From a virus (lineage: Duplodnaviria > Caudoviricetes): a stretch of 59,567 nt of DNA. Position numbers and translations under genes: made by a program. Shown piece after piece: positions 8,571 to 17,095 of the stretch (position 1 is the first letter of the stretch; each line of letters starts with the position of its first letter). The notes under the pieces were generated by a model. It did not search any database and was not told the DNA's origin. It worked only from the letters and a program-made list of their open reading frames with translations. The stretch lies in IMG/VR virus record IMGVR_UViG_3300027971_000004, positions 1 to 59,567 of that record; one strand, written 5' to 3'.

Positions 8571-8794
8571 TGGCTAAAGGTAACAAGGCAGATAGCGAGC
8601 GATTCATAAAGGTCATCTTCAGTGCGGCATCTATAGCCGACGCTGCCCGTGAGCTTGGCGTTTCTCGCCAGGCCGTGAGCGCCCGGCTGCAGAGATGGAA
8701 GGACTCCGGGGTGACCGGACTCCCGGAGTTTGACAAGAGTCTGGACACGGATTTGGTGCAAGAGATCGTCAACAAGCACCGCAACAAGAAGTAA
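8570..8794 (+). CDS. Helix-turn-helix DNA-binding protein
   Basis: SIADAARELGVSRQAVSARL is a typical HTH. Confidence 0.8.
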   Translation: MAKGNKADSERFIKVIFSAASIADAARELGVSRQAVSARLQRWKDSGVTGLPEFDKSLDTDLVQEIVNKHRNKK

Positions 8795-8838
8795 TCGCCT
8801 GCGTTGGGCGATGTAGTTGATGACACAGGGGGTATTGA

Positions 8839-9258
8839 ATGAGCGATCAGCCGACGATGAGCAGCCTGTTTGGTGGAGAGAAAGATCGACCAGAACTCCC
8901 AGAGGACCTTCTTCAATGGGTCTTTCACCAAGACTTTATGGTTCAAGCCACAGGCAGGCCAATCAACACTCGGTATCTGTGCCAAGCGTTGCGTGACCTG
9001 AGAGCCGCCAGCTACGGGGTCAATGTCCATGAGGTTCGCCTTGCATGGCAGATGCTCTTGGATACAGCAGGCCCCCAGTTGACGGGCATGTTCATACGCG
9101 GCGGAGACTGGAAGCGGTTCGCTCCGCCCTGCGACAGCAAGACAGACACCCCTTCCAACGTGACGGTGTGGAAAGACTTCGACCACAGGGTGGTGGTTCG
9201 CAGACAGTTTGTTGGCGAGGTGCCGACAGACATTTCCTTTAGCGTGGAGAGCTTGTAA
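8839..9258 (+). CDS. Hypothetical protein
   Basis: 139-aa ORF with G-rich RBS. Confidence 0.7.
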   Translation: MSDQPTMSSLFGGEKDRPELPEDLLQWVFHQDFMVQATGRPINTRYLCQALRDLRAASYGVNVHEVRLAWQMLLDTAGPQLTGMFIRGGDWKRFAPPCDSKTDTPSNVTVWKDFDHRVVVRRQFVGEVPTDISFSVESL

Positions 9259-9399
9259 TGGACAAGGATGTCCTGGTTGAGCTTGTGATTGTGGTGATCC
9301 GTGTCATTCTGGAGAACATACGATGAGCGAGATGGCTGACTTTTTCCTTGGTTCTTTGATAGTATTAGTTGTCCTATTCTTCTCGTCACTGAGGAGCTG

Positions 9400-10185
9400 A
9401 TGCTATACCTATACGCCCGTGTGTCCACCGACAAGCAGGAGAACGGCCGCGAGGCCCAAGTCTCCAGGCTCCAGCAGTGGGTCGCTGACAAAGGCTTGTC
9501 GGTGGACGGTGTGTACCTGGACGAGGATGTGTCTGCGTTCTCTGTGTCACTGCCAGACCGACCGGCTGGCAAGCAGCTGTGGGATGTCCTCGCACCAGGC
9601 GATACGGTCCTGATGACCAAGATCGACCGCGGCTTCCGGCGCTGGGCCGATGCCGCAGTCACACACGCTAGGTGGAAAGACCTCGGTGTGTCGCTGCGGT
9701 TTACGGACATGGACTTCGACCTGTCCACGCCGCAGGGCGAGTTGTTCTTCTCGCAGATTGTGGCGTTCAGTCAGTACGAATCACGCATGCACGGGCAACG
9801 CAAGCGTGAGGTCTACGCCAACAAGCGGCAGAGCGGACTGCCCTACAACCAGCTGCGTCCGTTCGGCTGGCTGTCAGTGAAGGGTAAGTCTGGCCGGCTG
9901 GAATCCTGGCAGCCCTGCCTTGCGGAGCAGGAGCTTGGCCGGCGGGTTGTGGCGATGCGGAAGCAGGGGATGACCTGCTCTAAGATCGCCCTCGTCCTTT
10001 GCCATGAGGGACTGAGGAAGCCGGTGAGGAAGAAGGGTTCGTCCGGTTACTATCACGTGAACGATGTGTTCCTTCTGGAGCGTGCGGCGAAAGCCGGATA
10101 TCCAAAGCTGCCGCGAGGTTTCTGGCTAGCTCCCGACTACGCACAGAAGCTAGACGCAATGAGATGTCATGGTCTTCCGCTATAG
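9400..10185 (+). CDS. Serine recombinase (resolvase family)
   Basis: YARVSTDKQ catalytic Ser motif, DEDVSA, DRP, KIDRGFR; C-terminal DNA-binding region. Confidence 0.92.
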   Translation: MLYLYARVSTDKQENGREAQVSRLQQWVADKGLSVDGVYLDEDVSAFSVSLPDRPAGKQLWDVLAPGDTVLMTKIDRGFRRWADAAVTHARWKDLGVSLRFTDMDFDLSTPQGELFFSQIVAFSQYESRMHGQRKREVYANKRQSGLPYNQLRPFGWLSVKGKSGRLESWQPCLAEQELGRRVVAMRKQGMTCSKIALVLCHEGLRKPVRKKGSSGYYHVNDVFLLERAAKAGYPKLPRGFWLAPDYAQKLDAMRCHGLPL

Positions 10186-10606
10186 TCCTGAGCGTATGAC
10201 CCGACTCAAACCTGTCGCTTGCCATCTGCTGGTGTTCTTCGGGCAGGTCTTGGATCGCCAGCCCTAGGTAGTCAGGGTTCTCTAGCAGGGGCAGCATGTC
10301 TTCTGCTTCCTGCAGGCTGATCTTCCAATCGCCGGGCTGGCGGGTCACCTTCTTGATCGACTTGTACATGCTGTTCATTATCGCACGGGCGAAGTATGCC
10401 TTGGGGTAAGGCAGTCGCTTCTTGTCGTACGTGCGGGCTGCCTTGGTGAGGGCGAGGAACCCTTCCCCTTCCAGGTCTGGGAGCAGCACTGACTTCTGCC
10501 ACGGCGGGCGGTTCTGAACGAAGAACCTTGCCAGCATCTTGGCAAGGGGAACGTACTCAGCCGCTAACTCTTGACGCTTCTTTGAGAGTCGCAATCTCTT
10601 TTGCAT
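9980..10606 (-). CDS. Phage sigma70-family sigma factor
   Basis: Region 2 (YVPLAKMLA, DLEGEGFLALTKAARTYD, AYFARAI) and region 4 HTH (TLRTIAEDHDIS); start uncertain (10606-10627). Confidence 0.85.
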   Translation of the reverse strand: MQKRLRLSKKRQELAAEYVPLAKMLARFFVQNRPPWQKSVLLPDLEGEGFLALTKAARTYDKKRLPYPKAYFARAIMNSMYKSIKKVTRQPGDWKISLQEAEDMLPLLENPDYLGLAIQDLPEEHQQMASDRFESGHTLRTIAEDHDISLRLASVRSRELARNLAAALDIRLSPHAPEGTHRSRDSNRTNPSSSPASSVPHGKGRGRS

Positions 10607-10790
10607 GTTCATCCAGTCGGTGCTCATGCTCAAGCAACGCTCGTCGGAGTTCTTCCACAATCTCTGGAAGAGCCTCCACGCTGCTGGCAATCACAGCCAC
10701 CTTGGCATGGATTGAGAAAGCCCATGGAGCAACCGCACAAGCGGCCGTCAGGGCGAGCATCCATACCTCAACATCAATCGTCATGCGCAA
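10557..10790 (-). CDS. Small membrane protein with coiled coil (holin/spanin-like)
   Basis: N-terminal hydrophobic segment followed by a heptad-rich tail. Confidence 0.6.
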   Translation of the reverse strand: MRMTIDVEVWMLALTAACAVAPWAFSIHAKVAVIASSVEALPEIVEELRRALLEHEHRLDEHAKEIATLKEASRVSG

Positions 10791-11001
10791 CCTCCCTCAC
10801 CATCTTGACTAGCATGATCCCCGCATAGGGGTGAAGCTGCCCTTCCTCAACGTGCAACTTGACCATGCCTACACATTCTTCGGTTCGCTCGGGGAAGTAG
10901 GAGTAGATGTGAGTCTCTCCATTGAGCTTGGCGATGACACGGTTAAGGCGTCGAAAGCCTGGCCTCGGATCGTCTGCATATCCTTCCGATTCATAATCCA
11001 T
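10774..11001 (-). CDS. Hypothetical protein
   Basis: MDYESEG...; protein-like composition; overlaps the upstream gene. Confidence 0.55.
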   Translation of the reverse strand: MDYESEGYADDPRPGFRRLNRVIAKLNGETHIYSYFPERTEECVGMVKLHVEEGQLHPYAGIMLVKMVREVAHDD

Positions 11002-11252
11002 TTCGCTATCCAGTTGCTCACCAGTGAAATGAGTACGGGCAACACAAACAAGATGAAGAATGACCCGCACTCAGGGTGCATCCGCAGGTATGTCTCCTTC
11101 ATCCTGCGCCGGTAGGTGCGCATGGAGATCGCACCATCAGGGACTACAAGCAGGCCGACAAGGGCGACTTCCCTGGAGTGGGCACTGATTCCCCGTGCGC
11201 CTGATTCGTACAGGCAGAGGTCTGCTACTTCCGTGGCTTGCAGTCTTTGCAC
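10869..11252 (-). CDS. Membrane protein
   Basis: TM segment FFILFVLPVLISLVSNWIAKWI; start uncertain. Confidence 0.6.
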   Translation of the reverse strand: MQRLQATEVADLCLYESGARGISAHSREVALVGLLVVPDGAISMRTYRRRMKETYLRMHPECGSFFILFVLPVLISLVSNWIAKWIMNRKDMQTIRGQAFDALTVSSPSSMERLTSTPTSPSEPKNV

Positions 11253-11476
11253 TCCGGAAGAAGGACAGACTTGGCCTTGCACTTGCACCCGGGCGGGCAG
11301 GCACAGTCGGTCACATGCCCGTCGCCGTGGATAATCTTGCCGTTCTTGCATAGGCCGCAGCACTTCTCTGGCACAGCAACTGCTTTGGTGTGCAGGGTGT
11401 ACGAAGCGTTGACTGCAACGGCCGCGGAATAATCCGGGGCCGCAAGTCCCAAGAGAATCAGCAGAGTCTTAACCAT
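11225..11476 (-). CDS. Small exported Cys-rich protein
   Basis: Signal-like N-terminus; CCGLC..GDGH..CACPPGCKC. Confidence 0.7.
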   Translation of the reverse strand: MVKTLLILLGLAAPDYSAAVAVNASYTLHTKAVAVPEKCCGLCKNGKIIHGDGHVTDCACPPGCKCKAKSVLLPECKDCKPRK

Positions 11477-12422
11477 GGTTCAGTAGCCCTATGGTTCCGT
11501 AGTCGGGGAGACGCTGCGGCGGGAACCCGTCAACTGACCCATACGCATAGCAGTCCCCGCCCGCCACGCATACAGCCCAGTCATCCGCCTTTGTGACAAT
11601 CATTCCAGGCACCCAGGCGGGGTAGTCGGACGGCCATTCCTTCGGCGGCTGATTCCATTTGCCCCAGCTATTCTGGATAAAGAACACATCGAACGGCCAG
11701 TGCTTCCTTGTGAAGTCCATGCCAACCGTCGCCATTGAATGCGACCATCCGCCCGATGTTCTCGGGTGAATGTTCTGGCTGTTCGGCGCCGCGGCCCATG
11801 ATGCAAACTGACCAGACGCCAAGCAGTATCCGTTCGCGAGCGCGTCCCTGGCATCGCTTACATGCGCCACCTGCCGGATGATTCCTACACGGTGCGCGCG
11901 GCACAATTCCTTGACGTTCTCGGGCACGCCAGTCGATCCCCAGCCTGTGCCTATGCGACTTGTATATTTAGATAGATCGACAACGCCTTCATACTTCTTC
12001 CTGATGAGGAAGCCGACCTCGTTCTCAAACATTGCCGCAACCGCTGGCGACATGCCCTGTCCAGAGTGGCCGCGGCACCCGTACGTAGGCTCTGTGGCAC
12101 CGCGAGAGACGAAGCCCTCTGGCTTCTTGGCTATTGCTATTTGCACTGCGCGTGAACCGTCTCTGGCATTGCGGGCCGCGTGGCTGGAACAGTCCCCGGT
12201 GTCTTGGACTTCAGTGAACGACAGCGGGTCAAGTGCCTGCACGTACGGCCACAGCAATGCCCTCTTGCCCTCTCCACTCCCGGCCATGTTTGGCTCAGAA
12301 TAGATCGGTTGTTTCATGGAGTCTAGGAAGAGTGCGCGGTCACGCGGGCTGTCGATGTAGCCAGTCAGGCCGTCGCTTTCATACGCCTGCAGCATGCCAA
12401 GTGGAGTTCCGTTGTCAGCCAC
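11469..12422 (-). CDS. Papain-like cysteine peptidase (C1A-like)
   Basis: QDTGDC (oxyanion Q, catalytic C), WSHSM (His), IQNSWG (Asn). Confidence 0.88.
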   Translation of the reverse strand: MADNGTPLGMLQAYESDGLTGYIDSPRDRALFLDSMKQPIYSEPNMAGSGEGKRALLWPYVQALDPLSFTEVQDTGDCSSHAARNARDGSRAVQIAIAKKPEGFVSRGATEPTYGCRGHSGQGMSPAVAAMFENEVGFLIRKKYEGVVDLSKYTSRIGTGWGSTGVPENVKELCRAHRVGIIRQVAHVSDARDALANGYCLASGQFASWAAAPNSQNIHPRTSGGWSHSMATVGMDFTRKHWPFDVFFIQNSWGKWNQPPKEWPSDYPAWVPGMIVTKADDWAVCVAGGDCYAYGSVDGFPPQRLPDYGTIGLLNHG

Positions 12423-13068
12423 GCCTCACCTCCATGCGCCGGTTGCGGAGATACGATATTCCAGCAGACAAAATGCCTGGGTTATCCCTGGCACCGCCAA
12501 GCATGCGATTGCACCCGCCGCAAAGCGTGCCCCTCACTGCGCCAGTTGTATGGCAATGATCAATGTTCTTTTTGGATGGCGAAGAAAACCCATCTCCGCA
12601 GATTTCGCATTGGCTAACTGCGCATTGTTTCTTGCACTCATCGAACGACAGCTTGTATATGCTGGACCTGTTGCGAATGCTGGCACAGTCTCGGCATTCT
12701 TTTCTCAGGCCACCGACTCTTTTTTTGTCTCGCGGAAATTGAGATGCCGGCTTCAATTCACCGCAGTCACAACAAGTCTTCTCGGTTAGCGTGACGGGAT
12801 GGGACGCAAGTCTCTTTCTGGCAGCGTTGCATTCCTTGCACTCATGCTGCAGCCCTGACGCCCGGTGCTTGGCCCTGTTAAAGCAGTCGGCCGGCAAGGT
12901 TTTCTTGCAAGAGAAACATTCCTGCCCCGCGACAGTGACGGGAATGTTTAGGCTCTTTGCCTTGAAGTTCCTGCAGTCCTTGCATGAAGGCTGATAGCCA
13001 TTCCTGCATGGGCTAAATGCGTCCAGCGGTTTGATCTCTTTGCACACAGTGCAAGACTTCTCACTCAC
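12415..13068 (-). CDS. Endonuclease VII-domain homing endonuclease with three Zn-finger repeats
   Basis: CEICG...IDHCHTTGAVRGTLCGGCNRMLG; three CxxC..P...F....CxxC repeats; AT-richer than flanks. Confidence 0.88.
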   Translation of the reverse strand: MSEKSCTVCKEIKPLDAFSPCRNGYQPSCKDCRNFKAKSLNIPVTVAGQECFSCKKTLPADCFNRAKHRASGLQHECKECNAARKRLASHPVTLTEKTCCDCGELKPASQFPRDKKRVGGLRKECRDCASIRNRSSIYKLSFDECKKQCAVSQCEICGDGFSSPSKKNIDHCHTTGAVRGTLCGGCNRMLGGARDNPGILSAGISYLRNRRMEVRRG

Positions 13069-13483
13069 ACTGACGCTCCACTGCGGTCATTCCGGCGGCG
13101 ATCTTCGCTGCCAAGTCTCGGTCGATGGGGAGGTTGTCCAGCGAGTAATACTCGGAGAGAACCTTGTCCACAGCCACATCAAGGCCGGGGTATTTCTTGG
13201 GTAGGTCGGTTCCACCCGCGGCCAGCCGCAGCGCATCGGCATAGATGCTGCGCCAGGCTGCCGTGGTAGTGATCAGCTGGCCCTGGTCCCTGCTGATGAC
13301 ATCAGCCAGCGCACCATAGATGCTGGCGAGTTTCGCCCGGTCGGAGGAGGAGGCCGACTGGAGGGCGACAGCGACGGGACCCGTGGCGGCTGGCCGCGGG
13401 GAACTGACAAACGACGCTGCAACCAACGCGGCTGCAAGCGCGAGCGGGATTAGCCGAGTAGGGCTTTGAGCAGTTGGCTGCAT
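13061..13483 (-). CDS. Exported or membrane-anchored protein
   Basis: Hydrophobic LIPLALAAALVAASFV near the N-terminus. Confidence 0.7.
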   Translation of the reverse strand: MQPTAQSPTRLIPLALAAALVAASFVSSPRPAATGPVAVALQSASSSDRAKLASIYGALADVISRDQGQLITTTAAWRSIYADALRLAAGGTDLPKKYPGLDVAVDKVLSEYYSLDNLPIDRDLAAKIAAGMTAVERQCE

Positions 13484-13647
13484 GCTTCCACCACCTGGGG
13501 GTTGTTGGATGATTCCTTGATAGCCATCACTGCTTCAATGCTCTGCATGGTGTTGGTTCGCTTCGGCAACTTCACGTTGGGAAGAACGAACTGCACCACA
13601 AGAACGATGGCCAGGATGGAGAGGGCGATGATCTGAAAGGGCGTCAT
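13450..13647 (-). CDS. Small single-TM protein
   Basis: IIALSILAIVLVVQFVL. Confidence 0.7.
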   Translation of the reverse strand: MTPFQIIALSILAIVLVVQFVLPNVKLPKRTNTMQSIEAVMAIKESSNNPQVVEACSQLLKALLG

Positions 13648-14588
13648 AGAATCTTGGCTCCAGGAATGAAGATGGTTACTCCGCCTACCGACTGGGCCAC
13701 GGAGTAGTTGATTAGGTTGTGCGGGTCCAGCAGGCCCCAGCCGTAGATGCTGTCCCTGCCAGTGTCACCAGCGTCCTTGCATGTCTGACTCAGGGCATGC
13801 AGTACGGCAGGCTGGTCGATCTTCTTGCCGTCCTTCTTGGCGGCTGACACGTACAGGGCAAGAGTCCCTGCGACGAACGGCGCAGCCATGCTTGTGCCTG
13901 ACACCGTGGCATAGCCGTCGTTCAGCCAGGTGGATGTGATGTCGCAGCCCGGCGCCGCAACCACAATCTCCTTGCCGCGTGACGAGAACTCACACGCCGC
14001 CCCCGTGCGATCTACCGCACCGACACCAACCGTTTCCGGGAACGCGGCCGGGTAGTTAACCTTGCCGCCGTCATTCCCTGCTGCGCAGACAACGATCACC
14101 CCCTCTCGGCAAGCCAGCTTGATGGCCTCATGGAGCCTGCTGTCAGGCGTTGGCGAACCCAGCGACATGCAAGCAATGTCGCAACGCTGTTCCGCTGCAT
14201 GGAGCACAGCCTTGGCTACTGCCTCGTTGCTGCCCATGCCGCTATGGCCAAGGACCTTGAGCGAGAGGAGCTTGGCTTCTGGTGCGATGCCTTTAGCCAA
14301 ACCCCTGCGGGCGCCGATGATCCCCGCCACATGCGTCCCGTGACCGACCGTATCCTCAAACGATGTGTCGCTTGAGAAATTCCGGTAGTCCACCACTGCA
14401 TCGACCAAGGCGGAATGCTTGGAGATGCCGGTGTCAATCACTGCCACTGTAACACCGTCGCCTTTGGTTTGTTTCCAAAGGCTCGGGATGCCGTAGGACT
14501 CCACCCCCCAGTCCACACCGTCCTTGTCGGACAACGGGATGTTGCCAAACTCAACACGGTAGGGCGGGAGGTGGACGTAATCACTCAT
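13644..14588 (-). CDS. Subtilisin-like serine peptidase (S8)
   Basis: VAVIDTG (Asp), GHGTHVAG (His), AAGN (oxyanion), GTSMAAP (Ser). Confidence 0.96.
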   Translation of the reverse strand: MSDYVHLPPYRVEFGNIPLSDKDGVDWGVESYGIPSLWKQTKGDGVTVAVIDTGISKHSALVDAVVDYRNFSSDTSFEDTVGHGTHVAGIIGARRGLAKGIAPEAKLLSLKVLGHSGMGSNEAVAKAVLHAAEQRCDIACMSLGSPTPDSRLHEAIKLACREGVIVVCAAGNDGGKVNYPAAFPETVGVGAVDRTGAACEFSSRGKEIVVAAPGCDITSTWLNDGYATVSGTSMAAPFVAGTLALYVSAAKKDGKKIDQPAVLHALSQTCKDAGDTGRDSIYGWGLLDPHNLINYSVAQSVGGVTIFIPGAKIL

Positions 14589-14913
14589 CGGGCGAGAGCG
14601 TCTCAAGTGCCAGGAGAATCAGCCGCAGGATCGGGATGAGGCTGGTCAGGACGAAGTTCCAGTCCAAGCCAAGCGCGGAATACTCTGCACCCAGGGCGAA
14701 GGCACCGACTTCATGGTCCTCGTCCCAGTCATAAGCCTGCAGGGAACGCAGCTCCGACTCTGACAGGACTGGCATGATCAACCGGGCGACCTTGTCTACG
14801 ATCTCCCACTTGGCAAGGACAGGCAGGTCCTTGTTGTATGCCTTGACTACATCCAGCACCTTGGTGAGAAGGTCACGGTGAGCCAGAAGCCACTGAAGAA
14901 TCTTGAGATTCAT
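14581..14913 (-). CDS. Membrane-associated protein
   Basis: GAGG RBS; hydrophobic C-terminal helix FVLTSLIPILRLILLAL. Confidence 0.7.
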   Translation of the reverse strand: MNLKILQWLLAHRDLLTKVLDVVKAYNKDLPVLAKWEIVDKVARLIMPVLSESELRSLQAYDWDEDHEVGAFALGAEYSALGLDWNFVLTSLIPILRLILLALETLSPDE

Positions 14914-15280
14914 GTTCCACCTCATGGTCCAAACAGGCAACCGCCACAACAGCGTGGCCGGCGATGTCCATCAATGTCTCTCTAATGTCTATTGTCCGCA
15001 GTGATCCTCGGAGCCTGCGGCACTTCTCCCCGATTCTGGCAACCTGATATTTCCACGGGGTAATGCCGTCTTCCGCGACGCCGAGGGCGTTTTCCAAAGG
15101 GCTTTGCTTGCACCCGTAGTACCCACGCTTCCTGGTCAGCAACCTCCAGAGCAGGATGCAGATTCCCCAGTAGGGATCGTCCCGCAATAGGCCGGTCAGT
15201 TCACCAAGTAACTTCTCTTGCCGCTCGCTGGATTCGTCCGTACTCGCTCCAGAAGCTGGGGTGATGGTGGGGGTCTTCAT
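14873..15280 (-). CDS. DUF1599/nucleotide-modification-associated (MazG-like helical) protein
   Basis: KRGYYG...N...ARIGEKCRRL...RETLMDIAGHA pattern. Confidence 0.6.
   Translation of the reverse strand: MKTPTITPASGASTDESSERQEKLLGELTGLLRDDPYWGICILLWRLLTRKRGYYGCKQSPLENALGVAEDGITPWKYQVARIGEKCRRLRGSLRTIDIRETLMDIAGHAVVAVACLDHEVEHESQDSSVASGSP
14983..14997 (-). promoter_or_regulatory. Putative late-promoter motif for the protease cassette
   Basis: GGACAATAGACATTA, 13/15 identical to the copy before the portal gene (GGGCAATAGACAGTA). Confidence 0.5.
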
Positions 15281-15545
15281 CGTTGTCTTCCATGTCCAGT
15301 AGGTAGTTACATCTTGCATGTGCCCATTCCTCCACAAACGAGTCGATCAGGGTTTCTTTATCCTGGGTATTCAGCAGGGCGATGATTCCTCGTTCGTCCT
15401 CGCCGTTGAACAGCCAGTAGCCCAGCATCCCGTCCATCCGATTGGCCGGGCGCAGGTACACTCTGACCGGAAACAGGAGAGGGAATCTCCGGTCGGCCCA
15501 CAACTTCAGCCGTCGCAGCAATCTCTTGCGCCAGTCTGGGGCCAT
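15201..15545 (-). CDS. SprT/zincin-like protein with variant metal motif
   Basis: FVEEWAHA (HExxH-like) plus downstream HHPSFW. Confidence 0.55.
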   Translation of the reverse strand: MAPDWRKRLLRRLKLWADRRFPLLFPVRVYLRPANRMDGMLGYWLFNGEDERGIIALLNTQDKETLIDSFVEEWAHARCNYLLDMEDNDEDPHHHPSFWSEYGRIQRAAREVTW

Positions 15546-15828
15546 CTTCCAGCCTCACAATAAGCAGCCAGTCCCTACCGTTCCGGCGGTGAAGGACAAC
15601 AGGGACTTTGTCCCCGGCATCCCGCACGGCCTGATCCATCCACACATAGGGATTGCCTGCTTCGACCCGCTTCACTTCCAGATGCAGGTTTTCATAGGAG
15701 GAAATGACATCGGGCGAGTCGGTCCCGCCAGCAAACTGCTGGCCACGCCTGGCCTGGCCACCGAAGACTCGCACCCATTCACGGGCCATCTCCCGTTCGG
15801 CCCTGGCCCCCTTGGCCCGGCTGTTCAC
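15358..15828 (-). CDS. Holliday-junction resolvase-like PD-(D/E)XK nuclease
   Basis: NSRAKGARAERE...SPDV...HLEVKR. Confidence 0.85.
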   Translation of the reverse strand: MNSRAKGARAEREMAREWVRVFGGQARRGQQFAGGTDSPDVISSYENLHLEVKRVEAGNPYVWMDQAVRDAGDKVPVVLHRRNGRDWLLIVRLEDGPRLAQEIAATAEVVGRPEIPSPVSGQSVPAPGQSDGRDAGLLAVQRRGRTRNHRPAEYPG

Positions 15829-16082
15829 TTGTCACCCCGCTTCCAAGACACGGTGATGAAGGTCCCGATGAACGCACCCGTGGCCAGAGGGAATAGGTAC
15901 AGGATGTTCTTGGAATAAGAGACAACCCCAAAGGCTAGGAGGGAGTAGAGGACCGATGACACAATAGCTGATCGCCACGGGTCACGCTTCTCCACGCAGA
16001 TGATGTAGTAGGCGTACAGCATGTCCACAACTATGTAGACCAAGAGGATCATCGCGGCGGTGGCGTAAGAAAAGTCGCCCAT
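15825..16082 (-). CDS. Three-TM membrane protein
   Basis: Three hydrophobic segments in 85 aa. Confidence 0.75.
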   Translation of the reverse strand: MGDFSYATAAMILLVYIVVDMLYAYYIICVEKRDPWRSAIVSSVLYSLLAFGVVSYSKNILYLFPLATGAFIGTFITVSWKRGDK

Positions 16083-16354
16083 TATTTCCTATGCCCACTG
16101 GCTGCAAGACTGGACTGTTTCCACTTTGCATGCTGATGCTGGGCGTGACGGGCCTCAACCTCCATGAGGTATGGGAACTGCTCCACTATGAGCTTCACCA
16201 CCTCGGGAGAGCGCTTCTTATCCAGGACCCGCACGTTCTGTCCGATCCATGAGGCGACCGGATTGCCTAGCTGGCGATCCCGCCCCTCAGTCTCGGACTC
16301 CCACCACCAACTGATGGTGTAACTGTTCGTCTTTGTCTGATCACCCGCCAGCAT
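16082..16354 (-). CDS. Hypothetical protein
   Basis: GGAGG RBS before ATG 16354. Confidence 0.6.
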   Translation of the reverse strand: MLAGDQTKTNSYTISWWWESETEGRDRQLGNPVASWIGQNVRVLDKKRSPEVVKLIVEQFPYLMEVEARHAQHQHAKWKQSSLAASGHRK

Positions 16355-16724
16355 CTTCGACCTCCGTTGAAGAGAGGAGAACTCCCAGCATTTCCAGGAT
16401 GTGGTGCGGCCTTGGCTTGGCTGCCCCAACGCTCAGGAGGTAGGCAGTCAGGGTTTCGCCCGTCTGGATGTCTGCCAGGTCGCCCATGAGCCGGCCGTAC
16501 TCGTCTCGCATGTGATCGTAGGTAACGAGCTTCAGCCGGTCGGCATCGGAATGTAATTCACACCAGTCGATGATGTGTTCCTTGGCATCATCAAGACACC
16601 AAATGCCACAGGGAACCATGTAGAGGGTGACTCGGGTTTGCGACAGCGGGCACCAGGCCCGCAGCTGCAGGGTGTCATGCCGGATGACGCGGAGTACGTG
16701 TGCTATGGGCTGCGACTCGTCCAT
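16341..16724 (-). CDS. Thermonuclease (SNase)-fold protein, degenerate active site
   Basis: VLRVIRHDTL (cf. VIDGDT), DEYGRLMG, LLSVGAA. Confidence 0.65.
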   Translation of the reverse strand: MDESQPIAHVLRVIRHDTLQLRAWCPLSQTRVTLYMVPCGIWCLDDAKEHIIDWCELHSDADRLKLVTYDHMRDEYGRLMGDLADIQTGETLTAYLLSVGAAKPRPHHILEMLGVLLSSTEVEDAGG

Positions 16725-17095
16725 GATCCCGTGTTACGTTCCCGTTCCTTGAGGTAGTAATCCGGCAGAGGCTCGGGGTCATAGCCCAGATGCTTCTTAT
16801 GTCTTAGCGAGGCGAGGTATTCCGGATCGTAGTTATCCGGATCACACTCCTGCTTGACACCTAATAGTATACGGTTGTCCAGATCGGCATGCAACTTGTT
16901 TCCACTGTGCAGCGTGTGATGGTCACGGTCGCAGAGCCGAAGGTAGTTCCTGATGTCATGCTTGCGACCTGCGCCACCAACGATGTGGTGAACCTCAAGC
17001 CGGCGGCGACCATCAGACTCGGGCCACCAGCACACTGAGCAACAGCGATGCTCGGCCACCCATTCCAGCAGGGCGGAGCGTTCAACAGCGTTCAA
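16703..17095 (-). CDS. HNH endonuclease
   Basis: CSVC...EVHHI...NYLRLCDRDH. Confidence 0.8.
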   Translation of the reverse strand: MNAVERSALLEWVAEHRCCSVCWWPESDGRRRLEVHHIVGGAGRKHDIRNYLRLCDRDHHTLHSGNKLHADLDNRILLGVKQECDPDNYDPEYLASLRHKKHLGYDPEPLPDYYLKERERNTGSWTSRSP

